Source of the DNA: Epiperipatus broadwayi
Lineage: Eukaryota > Animalia > Onychophora
NCBI GenBank assembly: GCA_028023455.1
Contig: JAQFVV010000008.1
Coordinates: forward strand, 14,818,001 to 14,882,000
DNA: 64,000 bases
Direction: 5' to 3'
Below are positions 25,458-39,800 of this stretch, one piece after another. A program made the translations under genes and the position numbers. The notes below the pieces were generated by a model. It saw only the letters and a list, made by a program, of their open reading frames with translations, ran no database searches and had not been told where the DNA came from. How positions within the stretch are numbered: the first letter of the stretch is position 1; each line of letters opens with the position of its first letter.

Positions 25458-25557
25458 TTTTTGTCTTTTTCTTCATCTTCTTCTTTTTTGTCCTCCTCCT
25501 CCCAATAATATCATAAGAAGTTTGAGCACCAGAAATGCCATAACTGGAATTGATCAA
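22125..25557 (-). mobile_element. L1/Tx1-like non-LTR retrotransposon, decayed, truncated within RT
   Basis: ORF1 fragments homologous to 46978-48467; APE motifs (FNVRGLN, LLETK, GDF, SDH); RT N-terminal motifs (PGQHGIP, QIDIEASFD); (ATT)12 at 25420-25455. Confidence 0.85.
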
Positions 25558-26221
25558 AGAACTCTATATTTCAGAATATAACAGTCTACTGTTGCACAAA
25601 ACCAATTTTAATTTTAAGGCAGTATGTAATTTGCTTATTTCAGTCTATTAATTTTTAATTATATAATTAAAACCAATTTTAATATTGCTTATCTTTTGTG
25701 TGATTTATGATAATCATTACATTTTTAATTATTACTATTCTCATAACTATTATCTGTCAATATAAATTATTTAGTAAAGTTAGTTAACATTTACTGTTCC
25801 TCCCAGTATATATTTGTATAATATTACTTAATTTTAACTGATGAACTTAATTTGTGAGTGCAGCATTTTGTAACCAGAACTTATTTCAGATAACAAATCT
25901 TCCAATATATACATAAATAATCTCGAATCATACATTTCTTTTACCCAGATATAAATATGTTATTAAAATTAAATATATCTATTATTTTCTGTAAATTTGC
26001 ATGAGTTTTATTTTAACTATTACTTCACACCATTCATGTACATAATCTTATATTCCAAAAATTACTATTACTGCTATTTTGACCTAACTGAACAAACTTG
26101 ATTCGGTCAAAACATATATCAACAATTTAAATATTTTTTCCAATTTCTACAATGTATTAGAAATAAAAATAGGAATGTAATAATTTTTAGAAATATTACT
26201 ATTCAATAAGTCTTACACAAC

Positions 26222-26403
26222 AAAGCAAAACTCTCCATACAGTATTAGCCACCCTGTGCCAACCAGAGTAATCAATGAATGCCAGAAGGCTTGTGCATAA
26301 TCTGGTTGGCACAGGGTGGCAATACTGTATGGAGAGTTTTGCTTTGTTTATAAACAAATATGTGCTAGTATAAGAGATAGTGATCATGTGATGCTTAATG
26401 GTT
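26222..26403. mobile_element. Family B short fold-back with 15-bp TSD
   Basis: Minus arm 26222-26300, plus arm 26301-26403; TAAGTCTTACACAAC at 26207-26221 and 26404-26418. Confidence 0.85.
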
Positions 26404-28697
26404 TAAGTCTTACACAACTTGTTTAATCATTTAATTAAAATTATTATATATATAATGCCTGTTGGAATCCAATAAAAACATTGATATAATTCTAATATTA
26501 ACATCAGACAAATGTATATACGGGCAAATTGAAAATATATGTTCAAACCTTTTACTCAAGAAAATCTTCATTAATATATTTATATAATCATAAATAAAAG
26601 AAGACCGTATAAAGAAAAGCTTTCATAAAATCCGTTTTTTTTTTTTTTAAACAGTATGTGCTTAACCGACTTCCAACTATTACAAGTGATAGATATGGTA
26701 TAAATTGGAAACTGGGAGTGGGTGTATATATATATACTGTTATTGCTAATTTATATAAAGTTTAAATATGAAAATTAATGAGGAATATACCATCTTTTAA
26801 GAGGGGTAAGCTAAATTCTTTTCTATTGATAGAGTTTTTGTCACCTCAGATATGCTATGCATCTTTAATTTTTATTTAAAGTCATTGCTGTCAGTAAACA
26901 TGATGTTAACAGATGGAAGGAACAAAGGAATGACATAGTGACTTTAAATAGAAAAAATTCTTGATTTCATTCTCAGTCTTCTTTTATATAAATATAAAAT
27001 ATTATAAAAGTTTTTATTCTCAGGGATATAGCTAATGGATTAGTATTAATAGATTACTGATCGATGATTTTAGATAAAATTCATATTCTTCACATATACT
27101 TATTAAAAATAGAACTCAATCTTATTTGAAAAATCACTATATTTTGGTAGTATTTTAGATTTATTTTCAACCACTCTTTAATAAACATCAGTTTCTTTTT
27201 TGCAATTTTTAATATTGCTTCAATTGATTTGATAGGTAAGAAACAATAATTCAAGTTCTTGCATCTGATTAGAAATACAACATAGTATAACCATATGGGT
27301 ATGGAATTCACTATACAACTATCAGGAATACTCAAAATGGAAACATCTATAGACAATAGTAGTTCACATATTAGTCATCAAACTATAATGATGAAATAGC
27401 CATGATTCTGCATAAAAAAGGAATTACCAGGGACAAGATATTTTAAGTTTTCTACAGTGATGTGAAAAATTAAGATAATTCATCACATCATTCATGTTGC
27501 ATAATGATAATTAATTAAAATCATCATAAATAGCAGCCAAAAATCAAATAATTTTGTACCATAATAATTAATTTTAAATAATTTATGACAAACTCAGATC
27601 TTTCCGGGATTCTTCACAAAGCAATAGTGATGGAGAATACAATCTAATCAACTTCATTTGGTAAAAGGTTTTTACTTTTCCATCCTTGTTTTAACAGCTA
27701 CTTAAAAATGTACCAACCAATAATGAATGGCTATCAAGTGCGACCATGTTCCAGATAACTGAAACAATTTTGAAGTTTCATTTAAACCCAGAACTATGGA
27801 TTTGGTACATAGATTACTATCTATTAGTTTTCAAAATCCTTTCATGCATAAAATTTGTATACATTCCAGTTTGAAAAAAAATAAAAATAATTTCTTTTAT
27901 CCTAAATATTTGAATATTTATTTTACTTCAAATCAGTAATCTCTTTTATCTAACTATATCATTCGTCATTATTAGAAGTTACCTTAAATAAAAACATCTG
28001 TTCTATCTCCAAAAGAAGAAATGGCAAAGCTAGAAAAAGAGAAAGAATATAAATTAGAAAACAAAGAAAAAATGAAAAGATTGGACTGATAATTGATGGA
28101 CATATTATTTTGATAAACTGTACTGTCATTTACAAATAAAACTCCTTATAGTCTTTTTTTTTTTCATAAATATTTTGAATCTGAGAAATTTATAGAAATC
28201 ACTTTTTTTCATATAGTAACAAAAATTAAAAGGGTTGTTGAAAACTGTTATTTTATTTCTGATCAAAAGAAATTATTTATTTTATTAGACTTTATTTTGA
28301 AGAAGTTAAATTCCCTCAAAAAAAAAAAAAGGAATTTATTTTATATAGAATGAACTTTATTCCAAGTATTAAAAATGTTTATTTTATACATCTCAAACAA
28401 TCTAGAACATTTTTTTTCTTAATAAAATTAAAAATTCAAAAATTTTGAGTAAATAGTTAAAAGTTACTTTCCAATATTAAAATTTTGTTTTTAGAAATTA
28501 CAAATGAATTCTAATTTTTATTGTGAGAATTATTATAATTTAACAATTTTGAAATTTCATTTTTAATAGATGTATATTAATTCTTAATCCTCCTCTCTTT
28601 TAACATACACACACATATATGCACATCTTGATGAACTTGCTATAATGTTAACATTATGGGAGAAGGAATTAAGATTTTATTAGTCAATTAGCATCAA

Positions 28698-28930
28698 CAT
28701 GATCACTATCTTTTATGCTAGCACATAATTATTATTAAACAAGCAAAACTCTCCATACAGTAGTGCCACCCTGTATCAATCAGAGTAATCAGTGCCAGAA
28801 ACTAGTCTGGGGATATTGGATGAGTAGGCACTAGATATGGATTTTATGCACAAGCCTTCTGGCATCCATTGATTACTCTGGTTGGCACTGGGTGGCACTA
28901 TTGTATGAAGAGTTTTGCCTTGTTTAATAA
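28698..28930. mobile_element. Family B fold-back with 13-bp TSD (3' half of hammerhead only)
   Basis: Inversion near 28790; CAATTAGCATCAA at 28685-28697 and 28931-28943. Confidence 0.85.
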
Positions 28931-29183
28931 CAATTAGCATCAAGTTGATGTCATAACATACATGTAGACAAAAAGACAGTATAGAGCAAAATATACTATG
29001 CTATATTTTATTTAGTCTTTGTCAATTAGTATTAATATTCTTTTTATCAAATAAAACAAAGTAAAAATCAATACCATCAGTTGGTTATACACCATAGATT
29101 ATCACCAAATACAAAAGTTTCTCTAATCACTTCTTTTGCAAGTTGTTCTTTTCTATAATGCTGTGGTAAACATAGATTTTATG

Positions 29184-29424
29184 CAAAACAGGCAAAATTC
29201 TCCATACAGTAGTGCCACTCAGTGCAAGCCAGAATAATAAATGGGTGCCAGAAGGCTTGTGCATAAAATCCCTATCTAGTTAGTGCCTACTTATCAATAT
29301 CCCCTGACTAGTTTCTAGCTTGTGGCTTTCATCAGTGAGGAGCCTTAGATCTGAGAGCACACTGCACATAAAACTTGGTTTTAATAACAGTTATGAGTAA
29401 GCATAAGAAATTGTGATCATGAGA
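29184..29424. mobile_element. Family B fold-back copy
   Basis: Minus arm ~29184-29367, short plus arm ~29379-29424; no clear TSD. Confidence 0.8.
29292..29350 (-). ncRNA. Hammerhead, family B, with compensatory stem II change
   Basis: Minus strand CTGATGA-A-AGC-CACAA-GCT-A-GAAAC-TA-GTC (AGC/GCT versus GGC/GCC). Confidence 0.75.
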
Positions 29425-30060
29425 TCATTTTATGTATGTTAACAATTGATACAAATTTTTAAAGATTTCTTTCATATTATATCCCCATTTCACATTCATT
29501 AGTTTACTTCAGTGCTTAAAAACACTTTTTTACTCTTTTTATTATTTCCACATTTTTTTCTATATTTGATATTATATCAGATTTTACTTTTTTTTTGTAA
29601 ACCTGAGAATCTTTTACATTTCTACAAAAGTAAATATTCTTGACATTTACTTTTGAAATTCAAATATAGCATATTATATTATGCCATTAAAACATTATGC
29701 ATTTGGAATTATGTTTAATATTACTAAGTACATACAAAAATTCCTAGAGCAATGTATGTAAAGTATAAAAATTTTCTCTTTTATTAAAGTATCAAAATTA
29801 ACTAAATAAAATATTAACATGTAATAAATAATTATTATCAAAACAAATAATTGAAGTTAAATTTTTAGTTTTTAATCAAGAATTAAAGTTTAAATTTAAT
29901 TTATATTCTTTTGTTCATCTAAAATCCATATCAATCTTATATAAAACATTTTAGTATTTTTTTAAAAATCAGTCCAAATGATAAAACTTTCATTTTTATT
30001 AAATAATATAAACTAGTATTTCACTAATAAAACAAATTTTATCAAAACAATGAATCAGAA

Positions 30061-30163
30061 CGTCAAGCATTGGTGGCCAAGTGGTCAGCACAGCTGCCTT
30101 ACAAGCAGTAGTCCCGGGTTTGCAGGTTTGCTTCCTGGCTGATGCTTTGACACAGGGGGAAAA
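30061..30163 (+). pseudogene. tRNA-Gly-like retroposed sequence or SINE with 16-bp TSD
   Basis: GCATTGGTGG..AGTGGTCAGCACAGCTGCCTTACAAGCAGTAGTCCCGGGTTTG..TTCCTGGCTGATGC resembles eukaryotic tRNA-Gly(TCC); small duplication in the T arm; TSD AAACAATGAATCAGAA at 30045-30060 and 30164-30179. Confidence 0.75.
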
Positions 30164-30398
30164 TAAACAATGAATCAGAAATCAATGAAAATTCCAAATG
30201 ATAAAATTAAATTTGAATTTCATATTCTATTTGCAAAACACCTTTCATATTATCATTATAATTTTTCATTAACTCATAAAATTTCATGTAAAATTTAATT
30301 ATTATTCAAGTTCATATAAATTATAAGTTTAATTATTAATTCCACACTTATTTCATTAATAAAATCAATATGTAGTAAATATTATAACATAAATTAAG

Positions 30399-30868
30399 AA
30401 CTGAAACACAGGCTTATTATATACCTGTGTCTATATATGTAATATATAGGGTATATGAGCACAAACTTTCAGTTATTCCCTTGTATATGTATTAAATGGA
30501 TTATGTCCTGTACATGAGGGATCAGATTGACCTTAGGTCAACATGGGTGTGACAACAATCTCAGCCTCAGGGTGGCCTTTGAGCATTCCATCATCAGATT
30601 TTCAATTGGATGGACGGTTGAAGAGTTGGAGTGTGGAGTAGATTGGAGCCAGTCCATTAAAGTATGAAGATTGGCTATCTTAATATATATCTGAGCACTT
30701 ATAGCATATATGTGTAGAGATGGTAATATGGACCAACTGATGATCGCTGGTTTAGCATGAAATATGTATATTGGTGATTATTTATCTTAACATATATGTG
30801 TTCAAGTGTATCAGTGTTATGAGATAGAGTGGTGGGTGGTGTGAAAGTCTGTGCTCATATCCCCTATA
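30399..30868. mobile_element. Family A copy with short inverted arm and 16-bp TSD
   Basis: 30443-30471 is the reverse complement of the 3' end (~30842-30870); TATAACATAAATTAAG at 30383-30398 and 30869-30884. Confidence 0.85.
30722..30782 (+). ncRNA. Hammerhead motif, family A (stem II base disrupted)
   Basis: ACCAA-CTGATGA(30737-30743)-TCGCT-GGTTT-AGCAT-GAAA-TATGT-ATA-TTGGT. Confidence 0.7.
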
Positions 30869-33800
30869 TATAACATAAATTAAGCTTAATTCTAAATGAA
30901 CTATTTTCCTTCTAATAGGATTAATAAGTTATTTCTTTTTCCCATATAAATATTGCAAACAATTAAATCAACACATTTAAAATATGTTTATGTTTTCTTG
31001 CAGATCATTAAAAAATTTTTTGCATAAATAATATTTTCAAAAAAGCATATTACACTTTTAAATAAATACAGATCCAGGAAGTTAATAACTACTCATAATT
31101 GTCTATGATTACTACCAGATTATGTAGCAATATATATAAGTCATATTAAAATTATCTTTTCATTGAGAATGTGCTCTGAGATAACAATATTGTTTTGTGT
31201 AACATCTTTTTTGTCAAAAAAATAATCCAATACTGTAGAATATAATATTGCGAACCCCCTTTCATAATTAAGAAAAGTCGAATTTCATTTTGACTTATTT
31301 ACCAGGATGAGCTACAAAGCAAAACTATCATAAAGTAGAAAATTATCTCTATATATAAATTTAACATTTAAAATATTATAGATTTCTGCTAACATCATTT
31401 AACTAAAGAATATGTTATTTTAACTACATCCATCATTAAGAAAACATTAATCTTACATTTTCAAAAAATAAGCATGTTAACATACATGTAAAATTAATTC
31501 ATCTTATTAATATTCAAATTATTTCAGATGTGTATTATCAAACAATGGAGTTGTACAAAATTACAAAATTAACAAGTATCACATGACATTTACTATCATA
31601 AATATAAATAGAATAAACATTAAATAAATATGCTCTAATACATATATAAAATATACCTACCCATAAGCTATACTGTTTAATTTAAACAAGCATGCATTCA
31701 CACTAATCTATTACAATTAGTTACAATGAAATACTTTTAGTTATATCCCATTTTGCATATTTAATTATTTCTTTATTAATTCGTTATATCATGGTTTTAC
31801 TTTACTAAAAATATTAAACATTTCTGATGAGGTATTTACAGTGTATACAGCATGAATAAAATTAATGTTTTCTGTTTTCTTTTTATGATGCAAATTAATC
31901 ATGCAGTAAAATGCATATATATGACAAGATGTTTATTTCTCTGTTTTAGAATTGACATATTAATCTATAAATGAATAAATAAACCAATCTTAAAATATAT
32001 CAACTTAGAAAATATAATAAATTAATTACTATTAAAGTTTTATAATATTATAATATTACTATCAAAATTTACTCATCCATACTAAGGAAATACCCAATTA
32101 ATAAATAATCTATATACAATATAAATTAATACAAATGTCTAAAAACAAAAAAAGTAACAAAATTTTACATTACATCAAGTCTTTTTTAAATTAAATTTAT
32201 AGATATAATTAATGCTAGTTTTTAAGATCATACTTGAATTTTTTTTTTAATGTTCTCTTCCTAAAGTATAACTTCATATATTTTATAAATGTTTTGGCAA
32301 TGCTTTGATATGCACATTTATAAACATATATTACATGACATGGTATCCAAAATGTCTTTTATTTTATTAAATGATTTTTTTAAAAAAAAATTATGAAGAT
32401 TTTTCTTTCATAGTGTCACTTTTTAAAATTTTGGATATTACATTTTCACTTAATGTATTTTAATTTATATACCATATATTAAACTATATTTAAATTTGGT
32501 TTAAATTTGATATTTAAAGTAACAGATGATTTTAATTTCAAAGCTGATATATTTATATTATTACATTATTCTGGCTCACAATTCTAACAATTTTAAGATA
32601 ATTATTATAGAGTTTTATTTCACTTTGTAACAAATCCATAGATACTTTCTTCTAATTTTTGAAGTTTTTACTATAAGTTTTATTACAATTTTCTAAGTGA
32701 TATTTAAAAAAATATATTTTCATGATGGCAGAATACAAAAGCTTACTCTTGACTGAAAAAATACTCAACAGAAATAAAACGTAATCTTTTTTTGATAATA
32801 AAATTATTATTAATTACTTTAACACAGTTTTATAACATTAATATTTTTAGATTTTGATAATTTAATTGAACAAATAATGGCATTTCCTTTATTACGTAAT
32901 TATTAAGTATTATTTTCGTTCATTTTTAGCTTATTGCAAATTTTTATTGCGATTTTGATATAGATTCTCCCAAATCAACCATGGTAAGGGAAATGACTTT
33001 TGCTTACAACATATTTTATTAAAATACTTATCGCATTTACAGCATAAATTAATTATTAATTTATTCTCAGGCTTCTATATAAATTTGGAAAATTTATCCC
33101 GTGTTTTTATATTGCTTAACATTTTCATGCCAATTCATTATGTGTAGGATTGTTTTGTCTATCTGATTTCCTTTATCAGATAAACTTATTTCAAAATTTA
33201 AACTTGAAAGAAACATTTTACTTAAAAGTTAATATTAAAATATTTAGAATACAAATGCTCGCAAACACGTCCATAAAACAACTGTTTATATATTTTATGG
33301 TAATGTGTGTGCGCGTGCGCAAGGAAAGTGTTATTTTATAAATTTAATCATAAAATGTTTGTTTAATTTAGAATATAACTGTTCAACTTTGAGGGTTGTT
33401 GGAATAAACTATTAAATAAATTTTATAATAGAAATTAAAAACAAATTATTTTATCGTTAATGTTTTAAAATTATAAATTATTATTTGTCATTATAAATAA
33501 TCTTATCCTGTTTGTACAAATATTTACTCCTCTACGAAGATCTTTTATCATCATCATCACTCATATTTATTATGTTTATGAGTATTACTGTATTTTTTTT
33601 ATTATATTATAATTTTTCTCATGGACCAACCAAGCTGAGAAAAAAAAATTAAAATACTTAGCAGCTTTTGTATAGAAGTATCGTCTTTGTTTAATTTCTT
33701 AATATAATAAGTAAATTCATCTCATTGTTACCTCAGAATAAATGTCACCAAGTACACATCACATCATTGGATGTACTTGTGCATGAATATATATAAAAAA

Positions 33801-34539
33801 AAGGTCTATTATCATTTATGTTTATTGTTTATTCTTTAACCAAAATTTATATAGATGTGTGTGTAAACATAGTTTTCAGATTCATTATGGCATGTATTTG
33901 ATTGTTAAGAGTATTGACATTTCAGTGGAACCTAACTAGTGGTTCAACAGATGCTGCTAATGACAATGATAATAAAAAAAATAGTATCTTACTACCGAAT
34001 CGATGACATGAGAGATTCACTGAAATATCAATAATATAATAATAACAAGAAATCACACCTCTATATATTGTTGCTTGTTACTAGTATTTCTAGCAGTTGA
34101 TCTACTTTTACTATTCAAATAATGATAGATAAATGCAGATAAAACATAATGCTATTATATGAATAACCCAATCTCACTCTTGGATAAACCTAAAAACTAT
34201 GTTGACACTTTTCTCTTGCAAAAATCTTCATTTTAATATATATAGTAAAAACTTTCTTACTGAAATAATATTTTAATTGTTTCACTGTATTAAAATCATT
34301 ATATCTATTCAGATTTAAATTTCATTGTTTTTTTTTCCTTTCTGCTATGCAAAAGTTCATGGCCTTTTCAAAATAGTTTCTACAATTTGAATGTGTTTTA
34401 GAATAGTTTTGAAATACATTACAATCACTCTTTTGTTTAAATACCATTCTACTCTGGGAAATAAGACAAATATGTGTCTATTGTATATTTCCAATATATA
34501 ATATAAGATATCTTAGTGAGCAAAACAATCACCTTGAAG

Positions 34540-35200
34540 AAATAATGAATGAGTTCAAATAAAGATAAAAAGAAAATCAGTGCATGGAATAAGAATAATT
34601 TAAGATATGCAGATAATATAGTAATTAAAGAAGAAGATGAAGAAACACAGAAATTCATATTAAAGATGTTAAATAAGAATGAAAAAAAAAGTTTTACACA
34701 TAAACATTGCCACAACAAAGACAGCCATGCTTGAAAAAAAAAGTTAAAGAAAAGTCAAAATTTAGACAATTATGCTAAACTACTATCACACATCATGAAT
34801 GCAATACAGCTAAAGATCTTAATTGTCAAAAGAAAATTAAAAATAATTACAGCAAAAATATATTTATAAACCATGGACAAGATATAAAAATGTAAAGACA
34901 TTAGGTTATAATTAAGTGTGTTATGTGAGATACATTCAAATTTTTTATTTTGCAGTATATGTAATAAAATATTCAGTAAATGAATCTTGGCATTTGAAAG
35001 TATATGCTACAAAAAGTTAATAAGAATTGACTGGATCCAAAAACAGTTATATAAAAAAGCAAATAGAAATTTTGTTGAAATTTATAAAAAGAAAGTTATC
35101 AATTAAAAAATACTAATTTGTAAATAATATTAAAAGAAACATATGGATCTACTTTGCTTTTGCACAGCATTCTTGAAAAAAAAAATGGAAAAGTAGAGAC
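34540..35200 (+). pseudogene. Decayed RTE-like reverse-transcriptase fragment
   Basis: NLRYADNIVI resembles the LRYADD motif. Confidence 0.45.
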
Positions 35201-36130
35201 AATTGTTGGAAAAAACATTCTTTCATACCCTGAGCCTATAGTTTCTGATGACACTATCAAAAAAAGCCCCTAAAAGACAAAGATTATTCATGACATATAC
35301 TTCACTTTTATTTATTTTAAACTTGTCTTATATTACATTTAGCAATAATTCTATCTTTCATTCTCTTTTTTAGCTTAAGATCAGATCCATTTTAATGTAT
35401 AAGCATAACATCACAAGTAACGGAAATGATTGCAGTTTTATTCACCAGTTTGGTATTAATATTGTTTTCTCCACTTTAACTAATTTTATTATATATTCAG
35501 TTTAAAATTTGAATTAATACCATGAAATCATGCAGTTGTTTCTAACTTCTTTTTTATATAAAGTCAAATATATTTTGTTGATTTTCATCCAAAGGGGGAA
35601 AGTTCCTATGATAATTAACTTATATCATTATATTTGGACTAGAACTAGAAGTCTTCTCAATAGTATTGTGCATCAATTCATCTTAGTATAGGCATCCAAC
35701 TTTCTTAAATATGAATATACATATGCACAAATATTTTCAAAGTTAAAAAATATCAAATTTTTTAGAATGTTGTTGTAAGAATAGGAAAAAGATGATTAAT
35801 AAAAACCAAGATCAACAAGTGGGCAATGTTAAAAAGGGATTCTCAACTGTCACCTTTCTCTGCTTGACAAAAAAAAATATCAGAATTCTTTTCAAAAAAA
35901 TCTATCTGCTATTGCATATGCAAAAAATATATTTGGTATACTACAGGTGTACTAGAGTATTAAAATTTATGATGCAACTCTAAATTCATATGAGATGTTA
36001 GAATAAATTTTATTAACAGTTTAAGAAGCAATGATGACAATTAACTGCCTACTTTTCTCCATATGTCAAAAAACAAAAAACTAGGAAAACATATATATAC
36101 CCACATATATATATATCATTAAAAAGTCAA

Positions 36131-36444
36131 CATTTAGACAATCCCAATATCAATAACAATCAACAATTTCAAACTGTTGTCAAGGCAACCTCCTTTTAAC
36201 AATAAAGGTGGACTATTTATTAGTCTACATTCAAAATAGGTTATATTTACCTGTTTAAAAAGGGTTATTTAAACTTGTTTGTACCAATAATTTCAATCTC
36301 TGTAATCAAGTTGCAATCTTTAGTGTCTTTATAAGTATATCAGATCATTAATTAAAGTGGGATTCCACCTTTATTATTAAAAGGAGGTTGCCTTGACAAC
36401 AGTTTGAAATTGTTGATTGTTATTGATATTGGGATTGTCTAATG
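36131..36444. repeat. Inverted repeat (~80-bp arms), MITE- or fold-back-like
   Basis: 36134-36212 is a near-perfect reverse complement of 36364-36442. Confidence 0.85.
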
Positions 36445-36489
36445 ATTACTTACAAACCCATTTAGCCTTAAGCATTATTACACTTAATA

Positions 36490-36893
36490 TATATATAAAA
36501 GACATGTTTTGCGGGTTCATCTGTGTTAAAAAATTTAAATATTGATATACCAACATACGTTTGATTTGATCACACAAGTCATCCACTGGGTAATAAAAGG
36601 AAAAGACGATTGTATAGTTGCTACAACCACTGATTGTATCAATAAGCAAGATGATACATGCAAACTTCCTCCTATTTGGAAATATTTTTTAAAAAAAATT
36701 ATTAATTTAACATTTTTGCTATTGGTGGAACTTTAATGTTTTTTTTAAATCAGTGATTGTAGCACCTCTACAACCATCTTTCTACCTTTTATCACCCAGT
36801 GGATGACTTGTGTGATCAAGTCAAAATGTTGGTATATCAATATTTAAATTTTTTAACATGGATGAACCCGCAAAATATGTCTTTTATATATGC
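36490..36893. repeat. Inverted repeat (~140-bp arms), fold-back-like
   Basis: ~36492-36632 is the diverged reverse complement of ~36748-36891. Confidence 0.85.
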
Positions 36894-39800
36894 AATCTGT
36901 GAAAATCTTCATATCAACATATATATAAAGAGAAAAAAAATACACAAATTAAGTTTATTGTTCATTATATATGTTTTATGAATCATATAGAACATATAAA
37001 TATTTGTTATTTAATAAATATGTGGTGATAATGTATTTATAGGTAAAACCATTTACATTCATAATCTTTCTACTATTTTTTTCAGTGTGATGAAACTTTT
37101 TTTAAGTGGATATAAGGATATTATAAATGTCTATGTTATAAATAAAATAGCAGTTGCAAAATTAAATATCAGTAGTTGTAATTCATAGTATATTAATGGA
37201 TAAATGTAATTTTTCCATTATGTAAATTCTAAACTGCTAAATAATTTTTGTTGTTGTTATTGTATTTGCTGTTTTATTTATAAATTTAATGATTCTCTTT
37301 ATTACATGAATGAAAACTATAAAAATAAGGGGGGAAAGTAAACAAAATTTATTTGTAGTTATATGTCAGGCTATTTCCATTATTTAGTTGAATTGTTGAG
37401 AAAAATTTAAACTTCATTCCTACTGACCAAATATATTTCATTTTTTTATTAATAATATCCAGATTTAAATAGCTATCATTTTCAATTTAATTTAAGTAGT
37501 AGTAAGCAATTAAAAAATATATACAAAGCTTTACACATTAGCAAGATTCTATTAAAAAACATCCAGCTAAACTGCACAATCCTCCTAGAAATATTAAAAT
37601 AATTTTATAAATCACTAGAAGGAAAAAAAATACCATTCAAAACTTTATGTTCTATGTTATAGCATTCTGTATTATTACTAATAAATAAATGTGTCTTTTT
37701 TCTAAAAACATCAATTCATCTAGATGATAGAAATAGACCAATATAAAATTTTAAATGAATGTCACATCAGGAACCTTCAGACAAATATTAAATAAAATTT
37801 ATAATACATTATATAATTTATAAATGTAATATACTTTATATACTATTTAGAAAAACTTAGTATTGATTTGTAGATCAAATGTCACATATATTTGTGAAAG
37901 AATTTTCCCCACCTCCTAATTTATTATCATTTCTTTATTAAATAATTAAAAAGTAATTGGAAAGCAAAATAAAGCTACAGATAATAATTTTATTTATAAA
38001 ATATACATTTCACATGCATCTCAACATGATTTCTAAACAAGATATAGTAGATGGTAATCAATGACAAACTGTATTGAATAATGTGCAAATTGTTATGATT
38101 TGTTTAAAGAACTCTGTTACTTAGTTGTTCTGCCTCACTTTGGGAAGAGAACTCATAAAAAATATGATTAGTAGTATTTACAGATATTTTAAGTTCTATT
38201 TGTTTTGGCAGGTTGAAAATCAACAGACTTTATAACCAAATGACGTTAGTTTTGATGTCATACTGCTAACACAATTCATTTCTGCAACTTAATATGAAAT
38301 AATCTTTAAGAAGCATTTTCTTTTATTAGAATTTACAAATCTATTTTTAGCAACACAACTTAATTCAAGTTGTCCAAAATACTCAACAATATAGATGACT
38401 ATATATTTTTTTCTGTAATGTGATTATGTAATGTAAATGCAGTCACTAATTTAAGTTTTATCAGGTGAAGAAATGGTCATCAATAAAATATATCCACTAT
38501 CATTCTGCATATGTTAATCATTTATGGAAAAAAAGAAATCTACATAAGCCTGACATTTTTAATTAAAAAATTATAAGTTTATAAAAAAAATACTATTTAA
38601 ATAATAATAATCTATAGAATATGTAAACATATCTGTATGTGACACTACATGCATACATATAAATGTTTATATCTTTTAGCTGTGAAAATCTTGCTTTACT
38701 ATATGTGTTTAGAAGATTCTCATGATGGTAGTCCATCACCAAACCGTCATTAATTAGAAATTGACTTTTCCCTCTCTCTTCAAAAGGATGCTTTTACTAC
38801 TGTAATGGATTATTTAAGATTAAAAGATAAGAATGGACTACATAACATAGGAATATGATACTCTCCCCACCAATAGTTAAGAATGCATCTATAGTTTTCA
38901 TTTCTACAGACACTATATCATTATATCTGACTAACCTAAAAATAATTTGGGATCTTTTACTGTTAGTTAATAATAGCTTTATAATTTACTTTTTGATCAC
39001 TATTCACTGCTTACTTGGGTTGTTAAGAGAATCATCTAAAAAAATCCTAAGATACTTTGTGATCTGAAAAAAAATTCACTTTCATTTTTCTTGTCTGGAT
39101 TCAATTTTCAGGTTTACGGACTGGCAATTTGATAAGCTAATTTCCATGCCACAAAAATTTTTATATTTAAAATTATTTACATTCATATAAATAATTATTT
39201 GCTTTGAAAAAAGATGATGACTACCATGCTAAATGTAGATTTATACTTGAACTATAGAATACTATGACTTAAACTTGATGGTTGATAGTGGTGAGTTCTT
39301 CATTGTTTTGATATTCCTTTAATAGTCTTTAATTTAGTATATTAATGAAATCTAGAGATAAACAATGTATACAGCATTTTAAATGCAAATATTGAGCATA
39401 GTATTTTTGAAGTTTAGGTGAAGCAATAGAAAAGAATCTCCAATTTTGCGTGCATGAGTTAAGTTGTAATTAGCTTTTTTAATTAGCTTATCAAATTCCT
39501 GAACAAACACAGTATTTTTCGGAGTATAACTTACAATCAATTCAGATAAACATTTAATATTAGTCAACAAATAATAATTCTTGGACTAAAAGAACCAGGA
39601 TAATCTGCAATAGTCAGAGAAAGATTAGTATACTGAGTAATAATGTGACCCACTAGTTCATAATTTTATTTTAATGCTATCTATTTCTGATAGTCAGATA
39701 ACTTATTTGTTAAAAGATAAAATCAGCAGTCTACATAAGTAAGTCAGAGATTTGCTAAAAGATAGAGTCAGATGTCACACATGTAAGTAAACATTTTAAA

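Noticed and set aside
25835-25865. CTGATGA followed by an ACTTA/TGAGT hairpin
   Set aside because: Followed by GCAG rather than GAAA, with no stem I or III; likewise CTGATGA near 7082, 24537, 31825 and 35246.
33744-33782. Hairpin CAAGTACA...TGTACTTG as a pre-miRNA
   Set aside because: About 40 nt, too short for a typical precursor, with no other support.
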